A DNA stretch of 64,000 nt, taken from NCBI GenBank assembly GCA_964252035.1, contig OZ176207.1, one strand, 5' to 3'. Below the pieces are notes generated by a model that saw only the letters and a program-made list of their open reading frames with translations, had not been told where the DNA came from and did not search any database. The position numbers were made by a program, and so were the translations under genes. Shown here piece after piece: positions 50,101-60,302 of this stretch. This stretch comes from Podarcis erhardii. Taxonomy: Eukaryota. Each line of letters starts with the position of its first letter. Positions within the stretch are counted from its first letter, which is position 1.

Positions 50101-51030
50101 TTTTGCTACTCCGACAAGACAGAAGGATACATTTCTTATATTATACTAGATATGATGTCAAATAGAAATTGGCTTAGCATCCAAAGCTCACCCATTGTTT
50201 AATGCAGAATTATTATTTTACCAGCAGCATAAAAAGAGCCAGGGGAACAATAGATCACTTGAATCTGAAGTAGAAACTGACTGAATATATCCTGCCAAAA
50301 CGACACTCTTCTTCATTTGCTTAATGATGCTGGAAAGCTGTGCGTGATTCAGGAAAGACAAAAGGCACTATTTTTAGCTGTCTCCTCACTCAGTTTCCCC
50401 AAACTCTGCCTCTGGAACCTTCCTAGGGCAGAAAATAGTCTTGATTCAGTCCAACACAAAACTCTCAATGGCTAATTGTAATGCATTCATAAAAAAGAAT
50501 GATGCATTTATAAAAAGATTTAACTAGATTTCAGTTGTCCTTAAACTGGAACAGCAAGACCAAATAGCTTTCTTGGACTCCTTCAGATATCCAAACATCA
50601 GCAAACATGCACACTAAAAATATAGATGTGGTCATAAAAAGCCCAGAAGGAAACCAATCGATTTGGAGTGTGCATAGTGTCTAAATAAAAAATAATAATA
50701 ACATGCACCCTTCAACTTTCTAAAACAAATGATATAGCTATAAGCACTAAAAACCACTTTGATGCATCACTAGAATGAACAAGCATAACATATTTTGTAT
50801 GTAATGAACGCCAATGGTGTTTGGCCATCAGTTGGTCATCTTCAGTGGTCTAATATCACAATTCCATTCTCACAGATACACCCAGTTGCAGGTGAATCCA
50901 ACGAGGATAGCAGACACAGCTTGATTCATTTTCTAAATGCAAGCAAGGGCAAGCATAAAAGCTGAAGCAGGACACCAATAGCACACAGATACTTCTCCAC
51001 AACAGTTAGGCATTTGGAACCCCCCGGCAG

Positions 51031-51146
51031 CTTCCCCCAACTTATTGCCCTTCACCTGCTGTTGACTACAACTCCCATCACCCTTGACTATACTGACCGG
51101 GGGTGATGGGAAGCATCATGAGGACACCAGGCTGGAGAAAGCTGAC
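51031..51146. mobile_element. hAT-type hairpin MITE
   Basis: CAGCTTCCCC...GACTACAACTCCCATCACCC...GGGTGATGGGA...GAAAGCTG. Confidence 0.65.
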
Positions 51147-51491
51147 CAATGACCACCGTAAAAAATATTGAAGATATACTTGTTATTCTACAGCACCAAT
51201 GTTACAATCTGGGAAGATCATGTCCAACATGTCACCGCCTCCTAGAGTGGAACAAAGAAAGCATCAACAATTATACAGGTGGCCCATCCCATACTTCCCT
51301 GTGATGGTAGGACACACCTACCTGAAAAGCAGAGGTGTGGATAAAACTTTCTCCCTTTTTACATATATTTTAGGTACAACTTTACAGATATTACAAGGCC
51401 TGGTGCTCTGGTTGCATAATCTTTAGGCACCAGGCAAAAACATTCCTTTCCTCCCAGACCTTTAGCTAATAAAACAATCTATGGCCTTTTA

Positions 51492-52638
51492 TTTTATTTT
51501 TTTAATAAATATTTTATTAAGTTTTTAGAAAAGACAACAAACATAAGAAAAAACAAGAACAAATACACAAAAATACAAAATTATAAAATACATAAGAAAA
51601 AAGAGAAAATAGTTTCAAAAAAGAAAAAAAACACATTTTAAGAAAAAAAAGAAAAAACACAAAAATCCCTCTTTTTACTTCTCATCTTTGATTCACTTAT
51701 TTTCTTGACTTCCTCACATCTCCCTTTTTTGTATCCCTGTTGAAAATTAATTCAGCAAATTCATATCCAATTTATTTGTCTAATTATCCATCCAATCTTA
51801 TTTTTAACCTTGTTGCTAGAACCCCTTCAGTTCATTTCATTGCCATTAACATTCAAAAATTTTACAATATTTCTGTAAGTAAATTTTAAATTTCTTCCAA
51901 TCTTCTTCCACCGACTCTTCTCCCTGGTCTCGGATTCTGCCAGTCATTTCCGCCATCTCCATATATTCTATTACTTGCATCTGCCATTCTTCCAGAGTGG
52001 GTAGGTCTTGTGTCTTCCAATGCTTTGCGATGAGTATTCTTGCTGCTGCTGTTGCGTACATAAAAAAAATTTCTATCCTTCTTTAACACCAATTGGCCGA
52101 CTATGCCCAGGAGAAAGGCCTCTGGTTTCTTAGGGAAAGTGTACTTGAGTACCTTTTTTAGTTCATTATATATCGTCTCCCAGAAAGCCTTAATCCTTGG
52201 GCACGTCCACCAAAGGTGAAAGAATGTACCTTCTGTTTCTTTACATTTCCAACATTTGTTATCGGGCAAATGATATATTTTTGCAAGCTTGACTGGGGTC
52301 ATGTACCACCTATACATCATTTCCATAATATTCTCTCTTAGGGCATTACATGCCGTAAATTTAATCCTGGTGGTCCACAACTTCTCCCAGTCAGCAAACA
52401 TAATGTTATATCCTATATCTTGTGCCCATTTTATCATAGCAGATTTTACCGTTTCTTCCTCAGTGTTCCATTTCAACAGCAAATTATACATTCTTGATAA
52501 TATCTTAGCATTGGGTTCTAACAATTCTGTCTCTAACTTTGATTTTTCCACCTGGAAACCCACTTTTTTATCCTGGTTATAGGCCTCTCTTATTTGAAAA
52601 CAATGTAGCCAGTCTCGCACCTTATCTTTAAGCTTCTC
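51492..52638 (-). mobile_element. Young 5'-truncated L1-type LINE with 20-21 bp TSD
   Basis: AAAACAATCTATGGCCTTTTA at 51471-51491 and 52639-52659; A-rich 3' UTR and tail; TT/AAAA endonuclease site on the minus strand. Confidence 0.93.
51846..52620 (-). pseudogene. L1 ORF2p C-terminal region (CCHC zinc knuckle / zf-RVT), one frameshift
   Basis: ORF 51886-52620 contains RENIMEMMYRWYMTPVKL...CWKCKETEGTFFHLWWTCP. It continues in ORF 51846-52061 (YATAAARILIAKHWK...PTLEEW...WKKF) after a slip at the A8 run 52062-52069. Confidence 0.9.
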
Positions 52639-52850
52639 AAAACAATCTATGGCCTTTTAAATGGGGGGGGTATTGTTTTGGTTTGTTACTATATTTTGCA
52701 TTTTTGTGTTTTCATATTGTAAACTGCTTTGTGATCCTTGGAGGAAGGGGGATATATAAAATGAATAAATAATAAAGAACTACCTATAGAGGTGTATGGA
52801 CAAGTGGGAACCAGAAGTATACATGAGACGTCAACAGAAGTCTAGCTTGC

Positions 52851-52851
52851 T

Positions 52852-52902
<51 letters not shown>
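52851..52902. repeat. (TTTA)13 microsatellite, tail of the minus-strand L2
   Basis: Directly visible, followed by ATACCGCCCTATACCCGGAGGTCTCAGGGCGG. Confidence 0.95.
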
Positions 52903-52903
<1 letters not shown>

Positions 52904-53820
52904 TATACCGCCCTATACCCGGAGGTCTCAGGGCGGCCCCCTGCCTGCACGGGCCAGTCTTGACAGACTCTAGGGTTGTGCGCTCATCTCACTCTAGAGG
53001 CCGGGAGCCAGCGCTGTCCGCAGACACTTCCGGGTCACGTGGCCAGCGTGATGAAGCTGCTCTAGCGAACCGGCACCAGAGCAGCACACGGAAACTCCGT
53101 TTACCTTCCTGCTATAAAGCGGTACCTATTTATCTACTTGCACTTAAGGGTGCTTTCGAACTGCTAGGTGGGCAGGAGCTGGGACCGAACGATGGGAGCT
53201 CACCCCGCTGCAGGGATTCGTACCACTGACCATGCGATCGGCAAGTCCTAGGCGGTGAGGTTTTACCCATAGTGCCACCCGCATCCCCAAAATCAAGATA
53301 TAAAACCACAAAATACCTAATAAAAATAAAAACAGCAACCCAATACCCCCCCCCACAAAAAACAACACATTTTGAAAAAGCATAGGATATAAATTGGATT
53401 AACGAAAGGCATGGTTAAGAAGGAACATATAATGAAGGTGCCAGGCGAACTTCCCTGGGGAGAGCATTCCACAGATGGGGAGCCACTGCAGAGAAGGTCC
53501 GTTCTCGCGTTGCCACCCCCCAAACCTCTCAAGGAGGGGGCACACAAAGGAGAGCCTCAGAAGATGATCTCAGGGAGCGGGTAGGTTTATATGGAAGTAG
53601 GCGGTCCTTGAGGTATTGCAGTCTTGAGCCATTTAAGGCTTTATAGGTCAAAACTAGCACTTTGAATTGGGCCTGGAAACTAATTGGTCGCCAGTGCTGC
53701 TGGACCAGGATCGGTGTAATATGCTCACACCGTCTAGCTCTGGTGAGCAACTTGGCCGCTGAATTCTTCACCAGCTGAAGTTTCTGAACTGTCCTCAGAG
53801 GCAGCCCTACATATAATAGT
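52903..53820 (-). mobile_element. L2-clade LINE 3' portion, interrupted by a Sauria SINE
   Basis: ORF 53529-53867 reads LYVGLPLRTVQKLQLVKNSAAKLLTRARRCEHITPILVQQHWRPISFQAQFKVLVLTYKALNG...LLPYKPTRSLRSS. Confidence 0.9.
52937..53287 (-). mobile_element. Sauria SINE, near full length
   Basis: Reverse complement begins GGGATGCGGGTGGCACT; contains GTGAGCTCCC, AGCAGTTCGAAAGCAC, GTGCAAGTAGATAAATAGGTACCGC and GAGATGAGCGC. Confidence 0.93.
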
Positions 53821-54396
53821 TGAGTGGGGTGTTCTGGTGGTGAGGCCCATAAGAGTAGACAGACCATTAAGCTTGTAGAATATGGGGGCTTCTTACTTGG
53901 AACTTTTGTTTCACTTTCTTTATTTTTAAATTAAAATTTGTCTATAAAATTAAGAAGTGCCACTATTATTGTAAATTGCTTGGAGTGGCCTCATAGGAAT
54001 CAATTCAAAATAATGATGATGATGATAACATGTGGCTGTTCTGCCATTCATTTCTGACGAGCAAAGAACATTCACTTCCATCAGAGGGTAAAAATAAAAT
54101 AGCTTGCTGTGTAAAGCATTCACTCCTTAGTAATTCATTTTTTCCACAGCCATTAAAATCCATCCTTTTAAAAATGAGTACAATATCCTGTGGTTTGACT
54201 GTTGCTGTCTGTGTCACTGGCCAACAAACCTGAGCCAGGATCTTACCCTGTGAGGAAGCGATTAGGGGCCTATGAAAGTAGCACACCAAATGCTAAATCC
54301 TAAGGAACATCTGTGAATATTGTAAATTGAGTGGAAGATCTGCCTTGACAGGTTGTGCTGGTGAACAATTGGGAACCCTGGGATGTATTTGCACAG

Positions 54397-54623
54397 TCCG
54401 GAGCAGGCTTATGAAAACACAGGTTTGGCAGTGTGCAGGCAGCAGTGTCAAATGATTTTGGAATGCTTGAAAGCACCAGGTAAGTAACCTCTTCAAAACT
54501 GGCAGGCATCGACGGATCATTAATTATTTTTATTATTTTCTCTTTCCACGTTCAGCGCAAAACCCTGTACCCCAGAGAGCGATCAGATGCAATGGGCTGG
54601 ATAACTTGCGACTGGCAATCTGA
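54397..54623 (+). other. Candidate exon pair 54397-54479 and 54556-54623 (stop) separated by a 76-nt intron
   Basis: CAG|GTAAGT donor at 54480; long pyrimidine tract and CAG acceptor at 54555; joined frame PEQAYENTGLAVCRQQCQMILECLKAPAQNPVPQRAIRCNGLDNLRLAI*; AATAAA at 54819. Confidence 0.28.
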
Positions 54624-55450
54624 GCAACAGGAACAAAACAAAAACCAAAAGCAGGGGGGAGGTGTTCACTCGATTTCTGACTGGCACTACCATAATCTCA
54701 AATTCCATACTGATAAAAAGGATTTAGTTGAGCTGCCTGGCAGTTTCCTAAGTGTGGCTTTTACAAGCTAGTACAAAAGCGCCAATTCATTTTGTTTGGC
54801 ATATGCTCCAGATTCAACAATAAACTCTAATGAATGTAATTCTTTAATAATGCTGTCCGCAGGAACTAAGCTTTCGTACGGTTATGAGGAGGTGTAGGCT
54901 TATTGTGCTGTATTTTAATGACTGCTGTGAAATTTTGACCACACTTTTGAGTCATACTGGAGTGGGAGAGAGTGCTAATTAACTTATTACTGTGGAAAAC
55001 ATCTATTTAAAGAATGGCAACTGTCCAGGTAGGCACAAAAAGGGGGGAGGGGATAATAAAAAAAGAAACTGGGTTTTAGTGTACTGTCCAGATCTGTGAC
55101 TTCACAATGTATGGGTTGCATCAAACTAAGCTTTACTCAGTGTAGACCCAGTAAAATGAATGGACCTAAATTAGTCATGTTCATTAATTTCCGTGGGTCT
55201 GCTCTGAGCATGACTAATATTGAACACAAATTTATGTGTGCAAACTGAAAAGGCATATATATATATATTCTTTCCTTTCTTTTATTTAAAGAAGTCTTTT
55301 CATTCTGATCTGAGGAAGATACTGCTAGTGTAGTGTGTGTTGAGATTACATGGAAATTATGTAGGTCAGAGGACAACTGAACAAGTATGCATAGGGTATG
55401 AAACAGTCAGCTTACCTCCTCCCACCCTCTGCTCCTATCGATGGCCAAGC

Positions 55451-56070
55451 CATAAGAACCTAAGGAGAGCCTGCTAGGTCATGCCATGTCAGGAGTCCAG
55501 GATCTCAGCTTGATAACGCAGTAAGTGTAGGTAATTAAAAAGGAGGACTTCTTGCAAAAACAAACAGATAGCTCCGGACGACTTGAACAAAGCCTCCGGC
55601 ATCATTAATCAAGATGACCCTTCTGAAGACTCCTTCCGGCTGCAACAGAAGATACTGAACTGATGATCCCTATGTCTCTTGTTTCACTTCCTGTCTAACA
55701 GCCCTCCCATTCGCTGACTCATCAGACTTAGTGGATCAGCTCCAGCCTCTTCCTGATCTGACATACTCCCTCTGAGTCTATTTGCGCCATTTTGTGCTTC
55801 CTGCGAGCTTTGGCTGTGTTCTAGCCTGTTCTCAGCTACTGCCTTATCAGACAGCCTGTAAAGGTCAGGAAGTCTGCAGTTACCTGCTCTCCCCTGCCTG
55901 ACTAACATGTAAGCTTCTCTGTTCCTGGCTGCTTTCTGCAGTTGGCTGCAAACCTTCGCTTGGAGCTGGCTCATTCCTGACATGCCAATAGCCCACCTAG
56001 TCCAGCATCTTGTTCTCACAGTGGCCATCCAGATGCCCATGGGAAGCCCCCAAGCAGGGCCCGAGTTCAA
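55451..56070 (+). mobile_element. CR1-type 3' end split by a solo LTR
   Basis: CATAAGAACCTAAGGAGAGCCTGCTAGG..TGCCA [LTR] TGCCAATAGCCCACCTAGTCCAGCATCTTGTTCTCACAGTGGCCA.CCAGATGCC is continuous once the LTR is removed. Confidence 0.8.
55487..55982 (-). mobile_element. Solo LTR, 496 bp, with 5-bp TSD
   Basis: TGTCAGGA...TCCTGACA inverted termini; TGCCA at 55482-55486 and 55983-55987. Strand is assigned only from the internal ORF. Confidence 0.88.
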
Positions 56071-56089
56071 TGGAGTTTTCCAAGCAATG

Positions 56090-56372
56090 TTTACAAAAAT
56101 ACTTGTATGAGGGGAGAGTGCATGAAAATAAATAAATAAATATCATCATAACATACAAAAATGTATATTATTAGGTGAGTTTGCTTGCAAAAATGTGAAC
56201 ATAATGCTATATACAAACATGTTTATTAGACAAAAATTAGGCTGAAACACTTGACAAATTTCCATGTGTATTTTTTTTATTATTGCAAATTGCTGCAGGA
56301 ATGTGGAGAACTGAATGTAAGACTGGAAAAATGAGAAACTGGGGAACTGAAATTGACAGATCCATCTATCCT
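56090..56372 (+). mobile_element. Unclassified interspersed repeat family, copy 4 of 4
   Basis: TTGCTTGCAAAAATG...AAATTGCTGCAGGAATG...AAGACTGGAAAAATGAGAAACT...AAATTGACAGATCCATC. Confidence 0.7.
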
Positions 56373-57760
56373 TACCTGTGACAAAAAGTTCCCATTCCAG
56401 ATGTGCCTCTTTCAGGCCTTGCTTGGCACCTGGTGGTTTCTTCTCCCTGCCTGACCAGCGTAGGACAGCTTGCCTTCATCAAGGCAAGTAGTCTTAATAT
56501 TGTCTGAAATATAAGATTACAGCAAGTGGTATCAACATTCCCATTGGGTTTGCATTTATGCAAGAAGAACAAGAGGAGCTTTGAAAATGTTTTCAGAATT
56601 TGAGAACAAGAGGCTTTTGTAATTATGTCTAAATATTAAATCAATATACCTTTAATCTTCCAAGTAGCAGTTTGCATGTCATTCTCCTAAGCCTCAGAAA
56701 TGTGTTCTAGGGAAAATGTCAATATTATAATCTGGCTCAGTATATGCTCTGTGCAACATTATGTTTGTCAATATGGCAGTTTCTGGCAAGGCACAGGTAG
56801 ACTGCCATGTGGACTTTTTAAAAGGTTTAATAGTGGAAAGATCATTGAAGGCGCCCCAGAGCTGTGTTTACTGCAAAATAATGCTTACTGTCATTTGCAA
56901 AAAAATAAATAATAAATAAATCTGATGACTTGTATAAAATAATGTATAGCTTTCTTGTAAGAAAATTTAGTATGAGAGACAACTGTTGTCCATGAGTGAA
57001 ATGGCTAGTGGTGTCATAGGATAATATGGTCATGTATGTGTCGCATTACAATACTATTGTAATTTCCTCATTTAGACCAAACAGGATGTGAAAACTCAGA
57101 AATGGCACCTAGAGCTTGATTCAGCAGTAACTGGGTGAAGCAAGCAGAGGGAAAGAGGACAAGATTTATGTGTGTTTTGTGGTGTCTTTGATGCTGAATA
57201 CTGCTGGTTACTGAGATGGGATCACTAATGGCATCCTCTCTCCTTCTTTACCAAAGGAAGATCTTAATGTATTCCCTTCATAGGCAAAGTGCCTTTCTTA
57301 CCTACAAAAACACACAGCTACTTTTTATTTATTTATTTATTACAAAAACGAAACACCCATAAGTCACATTTCAGCTCTGATCCTGCTTCTTCATTCATAC
57401 AGAACCTATAATCAATAATGTATTCCTTGAATAATTCAAGGTAAATGGTAATGATGGTTTTTTCCCCTCATTCTCCCGCCATTAAAAAAAATCCATATTA
57501 GTTTCATCAACTGGCAATCACTGATGTACTTTACTTACTGGAGGATTGATTTGATTCCGACAGGCTCTTAATATCTCTAAATCACATAAATAAATGCTAT
57601 ACATATTCAGTGGCACGTTGCATCTATAGGAACTAATCTCATTTTAATGGAAGGTATATTTTTAAGAGCCTGCAGGATGTTAGGTAAAAGCTTTCATTTA
57701 CGGAAAGACATTCCTTTGCCGTTTAATGTTTGTATATTGTTCTGTCCTGTTCTCTATCCC

Positions 57761-57915
57761 TCTGTCTGTCTGTACATGGCCTTGTTAAGTGACCAGTTTC
57801 CTGAGAAGGTCCCTCTGAGTAGATTGAAGTGCCTGCTCATTACCACTCACTCACTACTCAGAGGGACCTTCTCAGGAAACTGGTCACTTAACAAGGCCAT
57901 GTACAGACAGACAGA
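57761..57915. repeat. Perfect 62-bp inverted repeat with 31-nt spacer
   Basis: 57761-57822 is the exact reverse complement of 57854-57915 (checked base by base). Confidence 0.97.
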
Positions 57916-58128
57916 ACTGGCATTCTTGCAGACGTCCATCATCCCTACCACTTCGCCATAATGGCTGTGGCTGATGGGAGCTATAGTCAAAAACTCTGGA
58001 GGATTACCATTTACCCATTCCTTCAATACCAGATTGGGAAATGTTTTCCAGAGCTGGTAACTTGGAAGACTAGTGGTATTCAGCAGGGGAATTTGGCACT
58101 CATGGCTCTGTTTGCTGAGCCATAGTGC

Positions 58129-58430
58129 GGAGAGCCAGTGTAGTGTAGTGGTTAAGAGCGGTAGACTCGTAATCTGGGGAACTGGGTTCACGTCCCCACT
58201 CCTCCACATGCAGCTGCTGGGTGACCTTGGGCTAGTCATACTTCTCTGAAGTCTCTCAGCCCCACTCACCTCACAGAGTGTTTGTTGTGCGGGGAGGAAG
58301 GGAAAGGAGAATGTTAGCTGCTTTGAGACTCCTACGGGTAGTGATATCAAATCCAAACTACTACTCCTCTTCTTCTTCTTCTTCTTCTTCTTCTTCTTCT
58401 TCTTCTTCTTCTTCTTCTTCTTCTTCTTCT
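58129..58430 (+). mobile_element. Young tRNA-derived SINE (Squam3-like) with (CTT)n tail at about 58367-58430
   Basis: GAGCCAGTGTAGTGTAGTGGTTAAGAGCGGTAGACTCGTAATCTGGGGAACTGGGTTCA head; GGGTGACCTTGGGCTAGTC core; homologous to 28363-28610. Confidence 0.92.
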
Positions 58431-60123
58431 CCAGCCTGAGGCCCACAGGCTCTTGTGAGCAGCGTTTTAGGGACTGCATGTCATGGGCAATGTGTCAAGA
58501 GTCCAATGTGAGTGTTGCCAGAGGCAAAACGGCAGAGCAAAAGGAAACTATTAGCATCCTGGTGCCTTTATCATTTCAGATCTTAGGATGCTGAAGAAAA
58601 ATACCTAGACTCTTATTCGCAGGGCCAAATTATTATGCATGCCAAATGTGAAATGGGTCCTTTTGACTTTTTCATTCACCTTAATCCCTCTGCTTTCTCG
58701 TTACTGTTGATGTGTAAGCGTGTGGTGTTTTTATTCCACTCCTCCTAAATATTTCAGTCGATAAGCTAGAATTATGTTCCAAAGGCTCAGTCTGGACATG
58801 TGACTAGTGGCTTCAACAGTGTTTGAAGCAGCAAAGAATGTTGTAGTCAGGTCACATAGACATGCCCTTGTTCATTTCTGGATGGTGCTAAATATATGAA
58901 GTTTACTCCTGATTTGTGTTTTGCATGTCAGTGTCAAACTGACATAACAGTTGGAACTGCTGGTTCCAATTATGAGTCAGTAATAAATTGCTGAGTAATG
59001 TAAATGGAGGTTTAGGTACAGTTGCATTCATCATGTGGCTGTGCATCCTGAATTCCAATGGGCTTTAAACAGAAGGCACCTTTTCAAGAATTAAGATTGA
59101 AAACCACTTGAAAGTGGGCAAATAACCCACTTCTTTATCATGCTGATTGGCACTAATCATCATAATTTCATCTGTTTAAGCCACTTAAACTGGGATACTA
59201 GTACTTAAATCAGGTTAGGCCCCTTGAAGGTATATTGTGTGAAGCTAAAATCAGCTTTGGCTTAAATCGGTCTGTAATGGAAATGTGCAGCTTATACTGG
59301 CTAACACATACATTTGGTTTTGCTACCTTCTTCCATCCCACACCATTCACAAATGACACTATGGGTATGAAGAAGATTAAATGCTGTGTCTGTTCCCTAT
59401 CTGTGAAAATGCATTTGCATCTTCTAGTTTGGTCAGAGTTGGGTTGCCACCCATGCCTAGAAAAATGCAATAGCCATATTTATTTATTTATTTATTTATT
59501 GGGGGGGGGATGGCCCTTGTCCTGTCTGGACTTCAAATGGGACACCTTTCCTCCTGTATTCAAGCTTGGGTGACCCAAAATGGTGGTTGCGTTGCTGTTG
59601 GTGCCGCTGATAAGAAGCCCTGCCCGGCACAAGTGACAATAGAGAGAAGGGGGAAGGTCAACTTCCTTTTACTCTCTCCTCCCTCCTTCCTTCCCTCTTG
59701 TTGGTGCTCTTCTAGCATGGTTCAGGTCTGCCACCACTTGGCCCCCTCTGCCACACAACCTGACCTCTCCTCCTCCTATGCACTTAAGTGTCTTCCAACA
59801 CCAGCATGGAGAAGAGGCTGGAGCTGTGGCTCAAGTCATTCATGGGAGCCTACCATCAACTCCTGGCACCTACCCACCTACATGACTCAAGGGAAAGAGC
59901 AGGCCAGGTTAGTGAGGGAGGCAGGAGGCCGAGTGCAGGGAACCCCCCCCCTCCACCAAGGTGAGGGGGATTTGGTGTGATGAGAGACTGTGTGTGCCTT
60001 CATTCCCCACCCCAACCTGTCCTTTATTTTGCCTGATCTGCCCAAAAATATGGTCCTGAACAAAGCCTAAGCACAATGTGGCATGGAAGAATCAGCTGCT
60101 CTTATGATTCTGAAGAACCTCAT

Positions 60124-60302
60124 AGGCTGCGTACACACTATACTTTTAAAGCATATTTGAAGCACATTCTTTCCCTCAAGTATTTCTGGGCACTATAGTT
60201 TACACCTCACAGAGTTACAAACTAAGAATTCTTAGCCCAGAATTCTTTGAGGCAAAGAATGTGCTTCAAATGTGCTTTAAAGGGATAGTGTGTGCACAGC
60301 CT
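60124..60302. mobile_element. Palindromic MITE (PIF/Harbinger-like)
   Basis: AGGCTGCGTACACACTA / TAGTGTGTGCACAGCCT termini plus inner TTGAAGCACATTCTTT / AAAGAATGTGCTTCAA. Confidence 0.8.

Larger units (their letters stand above)
51400..52778 (+). mobile_element. L2 3' end split by the L1 insertion (pieces at about 51400-51491 and 52639-52778)
   Basis: TTTAGGCACCAGGCAAAAACATTCCT...CCCAGACCTTT resumes after the duplicated target as GGGGGGTATTGTTTT...TGTAAACTGCTTTGTGATCCTTGG. Confidence 0.7.

Noticed and set aside
50368-50377. MEF2 site CTATTTTTAG (also CTATTTTTAA at 22441)
   Set aside because: Isolated AT-rich 10-mers are expected by chance in 64 kb.
58129-58200. tRNA gene (also SINE heads at 16470-16541, 19713, 28540-28610 and 53220-53287)
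   Set aside because: A/B-box-like heads continue directly into SINE bodies, and no complete cloverleaf or terminator is present.
57847-58479. 210-aa ORF
   Set aside because: It is the antisense reading of a (CTT)n tail (poly-Lys), a SINE and one arm of the inverted repeat.
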